A DNA stretch of 64,000 bases from Magnetococcales bacterium. Its GTDB lineage: Bacteria; Pseudomonadota; Magnetococcia; Magnetococcales; JADGCL01. The notes beneath the pieces were generated by a model, which was not told the origin of the DNA, searched no databases, and saw only the letters and a program-made list of their open reading frames with translations. The DNA is taken from positions 50,216 through 114,215 of the forward strand of contig JADGCL010000001.1 of the NCBI GenBank assembly GCA_015229005.1. Reading direction: 5' to 3'. The translations under genes were made by a program, and so were the position numbers. Positions 44,112-53,059 of the stretch are shown here, piece by piece (positions within the stretch are counted from its first letter, which is position 1; every line of letters starts with the position of its first letter).

Positions 44112-44875
44112 AACCGATCGTTGCCATCGCCCTCCGCGAATGGCGGAGCATGTTCCTGTCGCCGTTGGCCTGGACCCTCCTGGCCGTTCTTTTCGCCATC
44201 ACCTCCTGGATGTTCAGCGCCGCGACGCGCCTGTACCAGATTCAGCAGATGCAGTTTCAGGCCTTCGGCGGCGGCGGGGCCTCCCTGACCGACTCGACGG
44301 TGGCGCCGATGTTGGGCAATGCCGCGGTGCTTCTCCTCCTGATCAGCCCCCTCCTGACGATGCGCCTCATCGCCGAGGAGAAGCGGCGCGAGACCTGGCC
44401 GGCGGTCGCCTCGTCGCCGCTTTCGCCGATGCAGATTCTATTGGGCAAGTATTTCGGCCTCCTGCTCTTTCTGGCCGTTACGGTGGGACTCCTCGCCATC
44501 CCGCCGCTCCTCCTCTTCGCGTATGGTTCCCCGGATGGCGGCCAGATCTTCTCCGGCCTCCTCGGTCTCTTCCTGGTCGCCGCGACCTTCGGCGCCGTCG
44601 GTCTTGCCGCTTCCGCCGCTACCGACAACCCCATCGTGGCCGCCGTCATCAGCTTCGGCGTCCTCCTCTCCCTCTGGATCGCCTCCTGGATGGGCGAGGC
44701 GGGGGGCACGGACACCGTCGACCAGGTGTTGGCCTACATCTCCCTGACCGGCCACTACGAGAAATTCCTGACCGGGGTCATCTCCAGCGCCGATCTGGCC
44801 TATTTCGTCATCGTCTCCCTTCTGGCCCTGGTCGCTGCGCGCTACCGGCTGATGGCCGAACGGGTCCGGGGTTGA
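44108..44875 (+). CDS. ABC-2 type permease (GldF-like)
   Basis: Multi-TM protein whose start MKPIVAIALREWRSMFLSPLAW is typical. ATGA overlap with the ATPase gene. Confidence 0.75.
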   Translation: MKPIVAIALREWRSMFLSPLAWTLLAVLFAITSWMFSAATRLYQIQQMQFQAFGGGGASLTDSTVAPMLGNAAVLLLLISPLLTMRLIAEEKRRETWPAVASSPLSPMQILLGKYFGLLLFLAVTVGLLAIPPLLLFAYGSPDGGQIFSGLLGLFLVAATFGAVGLAASAATDNPIVAAVISFGVLLSLWIASWMGEAGGTDTVDQVLAYISLTGHYEKFLTGVISSADLAYFVIVSLLALVAARYRLMAERVRG

Positions 44876-44905
44876 GCATTTTTTGCGACTGGGGAGATAT
44901 CGTCC

Positions 44906-46288
44906 ATGGAAATGAATCGTTCCACGCGCCTGAACTTCAGGACCCAGAACCTCGTTCTGGGGTTGTTACTGGCCGCCATCCTGGGGGTCGCGGCCTATGC
45001 CACCCACCGTTACCAGGTCCGCTGGGATCTGACCGCCAACAATCGCCACAGCCTCGCGGAACAGTCGGTCAAGGCGGTTCAGGCCTTCCCGGAGGGGGTG
45101 GCGCTCACCGTCTACGTCCAGGACAAGGGCGAACAGAAACAGGGAATCCTCGAACTCCTGGAACGCTATCGGGTGGAAAACACCAAGTTGACCATCCGGT
45201 TCGTCGATCCTGACCTCGACCCGGCTGCGGCCCGCCGCGAGGATGTCGCCGTCTACGGGACGGTGGTCCTGAGAAACGGCGAAAAGTCCGAAAAGGTGAC
45301 GGAGGTCACCGAGGAAAACATCACCAACGCCCTGATCCGTCTCTCCAAGGGGTCGGCAAAGGTGGTCAGGATGGTCTCCGGCCACGGCGAACACCCGTTC
45401 GAGGAGTCCGCCCCCGCTCCCGGCATGCCTGGCCAGCAGGCCAGCCGACAGAGCTACAACACGGTCGTCACCCTCCTCAAGGGGGAGGGGTATCGTGTCG
45501 AGAAGCTCAACCTGGCCGAAGTGGAGGCCGTTCCGGAGGAGACGGGGCTGGTGGTCCTGGCCGGGGCTCAGGGGCCTCTGTTTCCCGTCGAGGTGGAGAG
45601 GCTCACCCAGTGGTTCGGCAAGGATGGACGCCTCCTCCTGCTCCTCGAACCCGGGATCAACACTGGCCTGGAGCCCTTCCTCGCCGACCAGGGAATCACG
45701 CCGCTCGCCGGCACGGTCATCGACCCGACCGCCCGCCTCTTCGGCGCCGGGGTCACCACCCCCCTGATCACCCGATATGACGCCAGCCATCCGATCACCA
45801 AGGGGATGAGCGATGCCTCGTTCTTCCCGGAGGCCGTGGCCCTGGAGCTGCAACCGTCGGATTCCCGGAAGGAGGGTTCGCCGCAGCGGACGCGCCTCCT
45901 GACCGGGGCTGATCGCGGCTGGTTGGAGGTCGGTTCCCTGGCGGGGGGTTCGGTCGAGTTCAACGCGGGGGAGGACAAGCAGGGGCCTCTGCTCCTGGGG
46001 GTCGCCACCGAGGCTGAGAAGCGGCGTCTGGTGGTGATCGGTGACTCCGATTTCGCCGCCGATGCCTATGTCGACTTTTCCGGCAACAGCCGGCTCGTCC
46101 TCAACGCGGTCCGCTGGCTGGCCGCCGACGAAAATTTCATCGCCATCAAGCCGAAGCCGGTCACCGACGGTGGCCTCGTCCTCTCCGGTATCGACGCCAT
46201 CATCCTCTCCTGGGGGCTTGTGGCGGTGATCCCTCTCCTCCTCGTCGGGACGGGGCTCACGCTCTGGCTGCGGCGGAAGCGTCGCTGA
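44906..46288 (+). CDS. GldG-like ABC-system auxiliary protein
   Basis: N- and C-terminal TM anchors flank a large periplasmic domain, and the protein ends WLRRKRR. It follows the gldA/gldF-like genes. Confidence 0.7.
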   Translation: MEMNRSTRLNFRTQNLVLGLLLAAILGVAAYATHRYQVRWDLTANNRHSLAEQSVKAVQAFPEGVALTVYVQDKGEQKQGILELLERYRVENTKLTIRFVDPDLDPAAARREDVAVYGTVVLRNGEKSEKVTEVTEENITNALIRLSKGSAKVVRMVSGHGEHPFEESAPAPGMPGQQASRQSYNTVVTLLKGEGYRVEKLNLAEVEAVPEETGLVVLAGAQGPLFPVEVERLTQWFGKDGRLLLLLEPGINTGLEPFLADQGITPLAGTVIDPTARLFGAGVTTPLITRYDASHPITKGMSDASFFPEAVALELQPSDSRKEGSPQRTRLLTGADRGWLEVGSLAGGSVEFNAGEDKQGPLLLGVATEAEKRRLVVIGDSDFAADAYVDFSGNSRLVLNAVRWLAADENFIAIKPKPVTDGGLVLSGIDAIILSWGLVAVIPLLLVGTGLTLWLRRKRR

Positions 46289-46316
46289 ACGGCATCGGCT
46301 GAAGGAGGCATGCGCC

Positions 46317-47759
46317 ATGGTCAAAGGCTGGTGGGTCAATCTCTTCCTTCTCGCGGTTCTGCTTGCGGGGGGCGGGGGTCTGTGGTGGGCCGATCGTGAA
46401 GAGGCGGCACGCCAGGAGGCCGATACGGCCTTCCGCAAGGTCTCTTCCTGGCCGGTCGAGGCCCCGGTTCGGATGGAGTTTCGCGACGAGAAGGATGCCA
46501 TTGCCGTCCTGATCCGGGAGGGTGGCTCCTGGCGCCTGGCCGAGCCGGTCGCGGCCCCTGCGGACGAGGGGGCCGGGAAGCGGCTGGTCGAGGTTTTGCA
46601 GGCCACCTACGAACGGGTGGCGGCGCCGGCGCCGGTGGCGGACGTCGCCCCCTTCGGGCTGAATCCCCCGAAGGCCAAACTTTCCCTGGTCGACGACAAG
46701 AGTCAGGAACTCGTCCTTCTCCTCGGCGAGAAGAGTCCGACCGGGGGCAAGCGCTACCTGCGCATCGGCGAGGAGGGGCCGGTCGTGCTGGTCGACGAGA
46801 CGAGTGTCGCCGGCATGACCCAATCCCTGGACGAACTGCGTGACAAGCGGCTCCTGCCGGGCCTGACCGCCGATCGTGTTGCCGGCGTCACCCTGATCCG
46901 CGGGGAGGGTGTCCTGACCCTGGAGAAGGCGCAGGAGGGCGGGGGGTGGCAGCTTCTTTCGCCGTGGACCACGCCCGCCTCCGCGACCCGGGTCTCCGCC
47001 TGGATCGGCGGTCTGGTCGAGACCCGGGGATCCAGTTTCGAGGCCGTTTCCCCGCCGGCCAACCCTGATTGGCGCCTTGCCCTGACCGATTCGGCCAAGG
47101 CGATCCGCACCCTCGATCTCTGGCGGCGGGGGGAGCAGATCCTGGCCCGGGGGAGTGATTCTCCCGATGCCATGGTGCTTTATTCCTATCTTGGTCGCGA
47201 TCTCGACAAGAAGGCGCTGGAGTTGGTCTCTCTGGCTCCCTGGGAGACTCCGGACAAGGATCCAGAGTCCCTGGCTGTGACCCTGAAGGAAGAGACCCTG
47301 AAGAGTGACCCCAAGGAGGCCTCCTGGCAACAGCCGGGGTGGCAGGCGCTGCGTGATTTCCTCAAGCAGGAGGGACAGCAGGGGGTCGAACCCGAGGATC
47401 GGGGTCCCCCGTGGGTGAAGGTGGGCCTCGAGGGCTCCCGGGAACTCTCCCTCTGGAAGAGTGGGAAGGGGGATGAGGCGACCGCCTGGCTTGCGGTGAG
47501 TGACCGGCCTTACCACATTCAGTTGAGCCGGGCCCAGCTCATGGCCCTGGAGGAGGCCGTGACCCGCCTCTTTCCCTCTGCCGGGGGGGAGACGCCGCCC
47601 GTGTCCGACGGGGCCTCTGCCGCTGAGGAGCCGACCAGCGGCGAATCGCCGGCGACGACGGAGAGCGGCGCTCTCCCCGGGGAGGGGGAGAGGCTCCAGG
47701 TTGAGGAGATCCCGCCCGTCTCCTCCGGGGCCGATACGGCATCTCCCACTTCCCAATAG
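46317..47759 (+). CDS. DUF4340-like protein
   Basis: An N-terminal anchor is followed by a beta-rich repeat body. The position after the gldG-like gene is the usual context for DUF4340. AAGGAGG RBS. Confidence 0.55.
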   Translation: MVKGWWVNLFLLAVLLAGGGGLWWADREEAARQEADTAFRKVSSWPVEAPVRMEFRDEKDAIAVLIREGGSWRLAEPVAAPADEGAGKRLVEVLQATYERVAAPAPVADVAPFGLNPPKAKLSLVDDKSQELVLLLGEKSPTGGKRYLRIGEEGPVVLVDETSVAGMTQSLDELRDKRLLPGLTADRVAGVTLIRGEGVLTLEKAQEGGGWQLLSPWTTPASATRVSAWIGGLVETRGSSFEAVSPPANPDWRLALTDSAKAIRTLDLWRRGEQILARGSDSPDAMVLYSYLGRDLDKKALELVSLAPWETPDKDPESLAVTLKEETLKSDPKEASWQQPGWQALRDFLKQEGQQGVEPEDRGPPWVKVGLEGSRELSLWKSGKGDEATAWLAVSDRPYHIQLSRAQLMALEEAVTRLFPSAGGETPPVSDGASAAEEPTSGESPATTESGALPGEGERLQVEEIPPVSSGADTASPTSQ

Positions 47760-47917
47760 GGGCTGGGGGGGCCGGGGGGAGGCTCTGCCGCCCCCTCGGG
47801 CTCCCCCAACCACCATTAATATTACTTTTCTTTGTTGATTTTTGTTCGGTCTCGGCCAATCCGATCAAGAGTTCCGGTTTTGTACTTCGGTAACCGCTTG
47901 TCTTTTCTGGAGATAGT

Positions 47918-49363
47918 TCAGGGCGGGGAGACCTCCGGCGTCACCAGCGGTCCCACCTTGTCGAAAAGCGTGACCACGCCGTCGTCCCAGCCATCCCAGA
48001 GGAAATCGTCGGCGATGCCGTCGGCAATCAAGCGGAAGGCGTAGCGGGTCTGTTCCTCGTAGAAGGCACAAAAGGCCCCGGGACGATCCATTCCCCCGTT
48101 CATTTCGTGGGCCTCCGCCGGGCAGGGTGATCCACAGAAATGGCGGATGGCGCATCGCCGGCAGGGGTCGATGGTCTCTACCGTCCGACCCGTGACCCGG
48201 TGAAAGGCTGGACTGGTCAAGGCTGCATCCAGACCTCCGGCAAAGAGGTTGCCACCGCGAAAGGAGTCCAGACCGATAAATTCACTGCAGGGAAAAAGGT
48301 CGCCGTTGGCCGCCAGGGCGAAGAAGGCCCGACCACCACCACAGGGGGAGATGTCGCACATCAGCCTTCTCGCGGTGGGGGCCAGGATCGCGAGGAGGAT
48401 GTTGGCAAAATTGGCGACCACCAGTTTGCGTCCGCTCTGCCGGAAGAGTTCATGACTCCTCTCCAGTGCGGCGATGAACGGAGTTGCCGCCTCTTCGTCG
48501 GCCAGACGCACCTCCCGAGCCGCCGGCAGGGTGCATCGGGTCATGTTGAGCAGGCAGTTGGGAACCTGGCGTTCGTGGAGAAACTCCACCATTTGCGGCA
48601 ATTCGCTGGCATTTTCCCGGGTCACGGTTACGATAACGCTGTAGTAAGGGTAGCCAGCGAGGCGCTCCATTGCCTCCAGAACCTTTGCATGGACGTTGAG
48701 GTTTCCTGCCCAGGATTTTCGGGTTCGATGGGTCGTCTCGGCCCGAATACCATCCAGGGAGAGTCCGATGCTGACCCCCCGGGAGGTGAGAAAATCCACC
48801 GCCTCGCCATCCAGGAGGGTCGCATTGGTCTGGACGCCGAAATCGAACTCGTTGTTGTAAGCGGCAATGCCCGCAAAGAGCGCCTCCTTGTTGAGGAGGG
48901 GTTCGGCGCCGTGGAAGATGACCCTTGGCCGACGCGAGGGCGGCAGGGTCTTGGCAAAGTGGCCTTGCAGAAGACGCAACGCCTCCAACAGCTTCTCTCG
49001 ACTCATCTCCGTTCCGTGCCTGCGCATGGTTTGCGGGATGTAGCAGTAGGAACAGTCGAGATTGCATCGGTCCGTCGGATTGAAATAGACCGCAGAGGGC
49101 TGGAGGCCGAACCTCAGGGTTTGCATCTCTTCCTGGAACGATGCCCGCTTCTGGTGAAAGGAAGTCAGGAGTTCCCCTCCTTCCAGGGCGTCCGCCAGGC
49201 GATCCTTGTGAACCAGGGCCCAGAAGGCCGTATCGGGATCCACCAGTCCCATATAAGCTGGGTGACCGATGTCCAACGGCAACAGGGTCGGTCCCTCACC
49301 GGTGTTGAGATGTGATCCGCTTGGCCGGTTTCCCGCATCCCGGGAGGCGTGCGTCACGGCCAT
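47918..49363 (-). CDS. radical SAM/SPASM-domain peptide-modifying enzyme
   Basis: CNLDCSYCY is the CX3CX2C motif. The C-terminal CDISPCGGG...LFPCSEF...DPCRRCAIRHFCGSPCPAEA carries the SPASM auxiliary-cluster cysteines. About 100 aa precede the SAM cluster. Confidence 0.85.
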   Translation of the reverse strand: MAVTHASRDAGNRPSGSHLNTGEGPTLLPLDIGHPAYMGLVDPDTAFWALVHKDRLADALEGGELLTSFHQKRASFQEEMQTLRFGLQPSAVYFNPTDRCNLDCSYCYIPQTMRRHGTEMSREKLLEALRLLQGHFAKTLPPSRRPRVIFHGAEPLLNKEALFAGIAAYNNEFDFGVQTNATLLDGEAVDFLTSRGVSIGLSLDGIRAETTHRTRKSWAGNLNVHAKVLEAMERLAGYPYYSVIVTVTRENASELPQMVEFLHERQVPNCLLNMTRCTLPAAREVRLADEEAATPFIAALERSHELFRQSGRKLVVANFANILLAILAPTARRLMCDISPCGGGRAFFALAANGDLFPCSEFIGLDSFRGGNLFAGGLDAALTSPAFHRVTGRTVETIDPCRRCAIRHFCGSPCPAEAHEMNGGMDRPGAFCAFYEEQTRYAFRLIADGIADDFLWDGWDDGVVTLFDKVGPLVTPEVSPP

Positions 49364-49518
49364 CAGTGCCCCTTTCGCTCGGTCAGGATGTAATGGGAGA
49401 GCCCCACGCCGTCGGCGGCGCAGCTCTTACGGGTGGCGATGACCTGGTCCTTCCGGGGGGCACGATGTTCCGGTGAGGGATTTTTGAGCATTGTTTTTTC
49501 AGGGGAAACAGGGTTCAT
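49363..49518 (-). CDS. 51-aa candidate precursor peptide
   Basis: MNPVSPEKTMLKNPSPEHRAPRKDQVIATRKSCAADGVGLSHYILTERKGH. GGAGGA lies 4 nt upstream of the ATG. The stop overlaps the rSAM start (TGATG). The 132-aa track version would run through the riboswitch and terminator. Confidence 0.6.
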   Translation of the reverse strand: MNPVSPEKTMLKNPSPEHRAPRKDQVIATRKSCAADGVGLSHYILTERKGH

Positions 49519-49545
49519 GACATCCTCCGTGGTTGGGTGTTGCGC

Positions 49546-49594
49546 AAAAAAAAAGGCCCCAGAGGAGCGGTGATGACACACCCACTCCCCTGGG
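49546..49594 (-). terminator. riboswitch expression-platform terminator
   Basis: On the minus strand, CCCAGGGGAG...CTCCTCTGGG forms a 10-bp stem with one G-U pair, followed by GCC and T9. The 5' arm overlaps an alternative GGGACC/GGTCCC hairpin. Confidence 0.75.
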
Positions 49595-49625
49595 ACCTTT
49601 TTCCATGGGGTCCCGGAAACGGCGT

Positions 49626-49780
49626 CCTTGCAACGTCTTCTGACTTTCCGGATCAACCGCAGGTCCCGCGCCTTCCCGCCGGATTTTCTCCGGCAGTGGC
49701 TGACTCGCGTCACGCGGACTGCGTCCCCGGTCACAGCGGCGGGACCGTCACGGATTGGCACCGTGTTCCGTTCTGCAAGG
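49626..49780 (-). promoter_or_regulatory. cobalamin (B12) riboswitch aptamer
   Basis: The minus strand reads CCUUGCAGAACGGAACACGGUGCCAAUCCGUGACGGUCCCGCCGCUGUGACC...AGCCACUGCCGGAGAAAAUCCGGCGGGAAGGC...AAGUCAGAAGACGUUGCAAGG. The conserved GGUGxxAAUCC, CCCGCCGCUGU, GCCACUG and GGGAAGGC blocks and a B12-box-like AGUCAGAAGAC are present. A P1 helix CCUUGCA/UGCAAGG closes the aptamer. Confidence 0.85.
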
Positions 49781-49797
49781 ACCCCTGACCGGCCCCG

Positions 49798-49827
49798 ATT
49801 ATCCGCACAAACGGGGCATCAAGGCAA
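49798..49827 (-). promoter_or_regulatory. candidate sigma70 promoter TTGCCT-N18-GATAAT upstream of the riboswitch
   Basis: Hexamers and spacing were read on the minus strand. The -10 element ends about 17 nt before P1. Confidence 0.4.
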
Positions 49828-50047
49828 TCCTTTTTCGCGATTGATGCTCTTGTCGTGGGGTCGCCCGAGCCGGCCAGGGATGCTCCGGGGCTTTGCCTCC
49901 GACTCGATGGGCCGGGGAATGGCTTTTTTCTTGGCGTGATCGAGACTGATGGAGGATAGCCTCCTTCCACTGGGAACGGTGGTAGAGTAGCATGTCCCCT
50001 CTTTTCCTGGCGTTTTTGGGCAGTGAATCGGCCTGCGGATAGGTGTT

Positions 50048-51706
50048 ATGACGAACTTGGGCGATTTGGAACATACCGTTCGCTATTTCCGGCAGATCCT
50101 GCTTTGGCCATTGCAACTCTTGCCCATGGCGGAGGAGGATGGTCGGCGTCATTGGCAGGTCCTGGAAGAGACCCAGGAGCGATCCGTGTGGCAACGGGTG
50201 GTCAATGAATTTGCCGACGCCAGCCGGGTCTCCCAGGAACAGTATTATAAAGAATTCGTGGTGTTCTTGCCGTATGTGCGGCGGTTTCTCTATGGTGAGA
50301 GCCGAGGTCCCTGGATCCATGATGAGAAGGATCCGGCCGGGGAGTCGGCGCTGAAGGTCTTTCGCCGCCGGGATGTCGCTGCCCTGCGCCTGGTATTGCG
50401 CACAGGAACGGCGCCGATCCTGCTGTCCGTCGATGGGGTCGAGTTGATCTTCTTCGACGACATCGATCTGGTCTTTCTCAAGGTCGAGATCAGCGCCACC
50501 GATCTTCTTCTGACAACCGTTCGGGAGATGCTCTACCGCTTCGGACGGGCCTATCCGACGAGTTGGAACGAGGCGGGCCAGGGAATCCATAATGTCCTCT
50601 CCGCAGAATGGTTGGGGACAGGGGGACAGGCGCTGGCGGCCTCGGATTCGGACAACCGGATGAAATTCCTGGCCTTCAGTTGCCAGCATCGGGCCCCTTG
50701 CACCTCGGCCCACTGGAGCTTTCTGCTTCAGCCCCTGGTCCCGGCGCCGGCAGTGGAAAAGGGATTGATCCGGTTTCATCAGGTGGAGTATCACCGGATA
50801 CCGATGATGGCCTATCTGGCGGTCGACGACCCCAGGAGCATCACCCGGGATACCTGGTTGCGGTTGGGCATGATCGCCTCGCTGCATCCCGACGAGCCGA
50901 TCCCCCGGAATGACCCCGATGTTTTCGGATTCGAGTCGCATTACTGTTATGATCGCTATTGGACCGATACCGAGGCCGGTCCGAACAGTCGGTTCCTCTG
51001 CAGCGGTCGGGTGCTGCTTGTGGTGGGGGATGCGCGGGAGAGTTATTTCATCAATGCCTACCGCGGGATGCTGGCCAAGTTTCGCCACCAGTATTTCATC
51101 GTCTTTCTCATCGCTCACCTCCATCGGGCTTCCCTCCTGATTTTTTCGGACCGCCTGGTGGACGCCATCCACGACCTGGATATTCGGCAGGGCAACTCCG
51201 TTCGGACCTTCCGCCATCGGATCCATTTGAGTTTCGAGACCTTTCTGCGGTTTACCCATCGCTATTGGTTCCACAAGATTTCGGAGCGGGATGATATTCA
51301 GTCCCTCCTTGGGCTCTGCGGGAAATGGCTGGGCAATGACAGTCTGTACGAAGAGGTCAAGGAAGAGTTGTGGGACATGAGCCAGTATCTGGACAGCGAC
51401 ATGCAGCGGCGGCAGTCGAAAACAGTTGTGCAGTTGACGGTGGTCACCGCTTTCAGTCTGATCGGAACGATCGCCACCGGCATTTTGGGGATGAACATCA
51501 TCGACGAAACGGGCGCACCCTTTTGGGTTCGCTGGGGCTACTTCTTCCTGACGGTGGTAGTCTCGGCAACGATCATGCTCCTCACGGTGACCAAATCACG
51601 GTGGCTGTGGGACATGATGGAGATCATCTCGGACAATCGGCTGTCGATGCGGGCACGACTTCGGCAAATCTTCCAGACCAAGGAAAACCCCGGGAAAACG
51701 CACTAG
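50048..51706 (+). CDS. CorA-like (GMN-motif) divalent-cation channel family protein with a long N-terminal domain
   Basis: The C-terminal TGILGMNIID lies between two TM helices, as in the CorA signature. The soluble region of about 450 aa is longer than in classical CorA. Confidence 0.6.
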   Translation: MTNLGDLEHTVRYFRQILLWPLQLLPMAEEDGRRHWQVLEETQERSVWQRVVNEFADASRVSQEQYYKEFVVFLPYVRRFLYGESRGPWIHDEKDPAGESALKVFRRRDVAALRLVLRTGTAPILLSVDGVELIFFDDIDLVFLKVEISATDLLLTTVREMLYRFGRAYPTSWNEAGQGIHNVLSAEWLGTGGQALAASDSDNRMKFLAFSCQHRAPCTSAHWSFLLQPLVPAPAVEKGLIRFHQVEYHRIPMMAYLAVDDPRSITRDTWLRLGMIASLHPDEPIPRNDPDVFGFESHYCYDRYWTDTEAGPNSRFLCSGRVLLVVGDARESYFINAYRGMLAKFRHQYFIVFLIAHLHRASLLIFSDRLVDAIHDLDIRQGNSVRTFRHRIHLSFETFLRFTHRYWFHKISERDDIQSLLGLCGKWLGNDSLYEEVKEELWDMSQYLDSDMQRRQSKTVVQLTVVTAFSLIGTIATGILGMNIIDETGAPFWVRWGYFFLTVVVSATIMLLTVTKSRWLWDMMEIISDNRLSMRARLRQIFQTKENPGKTH

Positions 51707-51982
51707 ACCGGCGGGTTCTTGCAGGATGGGCACCCTTCACTGAAGATGGCATCAGGAGAGGCCTGGGGAGTCCGAGGGGGAGGCTCCGTCTCTCCCCCCT
51801 GCGGGGGGATTCGGGGACGAAGCCCCTAAAACAACGGGATAGCATCCTTCACCCCAACGGGATGACGAAGCCAAGCAGAGAGCCTCTGTCATCCCGCCGG
51901 GAGGGGGAGCGATACCAAGGGTTCGACGCGTCGTGTCCCGAAACGGGACGCGACGCGCCTTGGCGCGGCCGCGCTGCTTGAA

Positions 51983-53047
51983 TCAGCCGCGTTCCTTGAT
52001 CCAAGCGGCGATCCCGGGGGGGACCTCCTTCTTGGAGCGACCACTGGTGAAGAGTCCGATGTGCCCGCCGCCGAAGGAGAGTTCCGAATAATCCTTGGAA
52101 CCGATGAGATCCTTCAGCTTGAGGGTGGAGGAGGGGGGAACCAGGTGGTCCTTGGTGGCATAGACGTTGAGAACCGGCATCGTGATCCGGGAAGGATCCA
52201 CCGTCTTGCCGCCGATCTTGAGGCCGCCCTTGACCAGACCATTCTGCTGGTAGAAAAACTTGACGAACTGCCGGAAGGCTTCACCGGCCTGGTCCGGACT
52301 GTCCGCGACCCATTTCTCCATGCGCAGGAAGTTCAGGAGGGTCTTCTGGTCCTCGAGGAAGTCGATCATCTTCATGTACTTGTGACCGTCCGAGAAGACC
52401 GAGCGCATGGAAGCGAAGGCGGTATTCAGCATGGTACCAGGCACATTGCCGACGGCATCCACCAGGGCGTCCACATCCATGCCCTTGGCCCACTTGCCGA
52501 AGAGATTCTCACCGGCATGGAAGTCGATGGGGGTGACGGTCAGCACGAGATTCCGGATCCGATCGGGATTGATCGAGGTGTAGCAGGTACTCAGGGTTCC
52601 GCCCTGACAGATCCCGAGCAGGTTGATCCGATAGAGCCCGTGACGCTCGCAGATTTCTTCCACGCAGTGGTGGATGTAGCTGTTGATGTAATCGTCGAGT
52701 TCCAGGAAACGATCTGCCCGATCCGGGTATCCCCAGTCGACGAGATAGACCTCGAGCCCTTCTTCCAGGAGGCCGCGGATGAGCGAGCGATCGGGTTGGA
52801 GATCGGCCACGTAGGGACGATTGACCAGGGCGTAGACCACCAGGACTGGAATCCGGTGGGGGGTCTCGACGAGCGGGCTGTACCGATAGAGGGTCATCTT
52901 GTCCTCATGGTAGACCGCGTCCTTCTTGCAGAGGCCGACATCGACCTCGCCGAGCTTTTCCAGCGCCTGAATACCCTTGGCGAACTTCTGATTGAATTGG
53001 ACCAGCTCCTGCGCTGCCTGGTCCGGTCTGATGGCGATAGGATTCAT
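51983..53047 (-). CDS. phaC: class III poly(R)-hydroxyalkanoate synthase, PhaC subunit
   Basis: The length (354 aa) fits class III. LLGICQGG is a lipase-box-like motif carrying the catalytic Cys. A PhaE gene lies next to it. Confidence 0.9.
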   Translation of the reverse strand: MNPIAIRPDQAAQELVQFNQKFAKGIQALEKLGEVDVGLCKKDAVYHEDKMTLYRYSPLVETPHRIPVLVVYALVNRPYVADLQPDRSLIRGLLEEGLEVYLVDWGYPDRADRFLELDDYINSYIHHCVEEICERHGLYRINLLGICQGGTLSTCYTSINPDRIRNLVLTVTPIDFHAGENLFGKWAKGMDVDALVDAVGNVPGTMLNTAFASMRSVFSDGHKYMKMIDFLEDQKTLLNFLRMEKWVADSPDQAGEAFRQFVKFFYQQNGLVKGGLKIGGKTVDPSRITMPVLNVYATKDHLVPPSSTLKLKDLIGSKDYSELSFGGGHIGLFTSGRSKKEVPPGIAAWIKERG

Positions 53048-53059
53048 CGCTGTCTCCCC

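Noticed and set aside
49519-49761. Long (132-aa) version of the small ORF upstream of the rSAM gene
   Set aside because: It would be translated across the riboswitch aptamer, the T9 terminator and the SD sequence. The internal ATG at 49518 has a proper RBS.
51915-51960. GGTTCGA string and nearby hairpins suggested a tRNA T-arm
   Set aside because: No cloverleaf can be drawn, and no acceptor, D-arm or anticodon arm is present. The region is a GC hairpin (GCGTCGTGTCCC-gaaa-GGGACGCGACGC) between the convergent corA-like and phaC genes, possibly a terminator lacking a U-tract.
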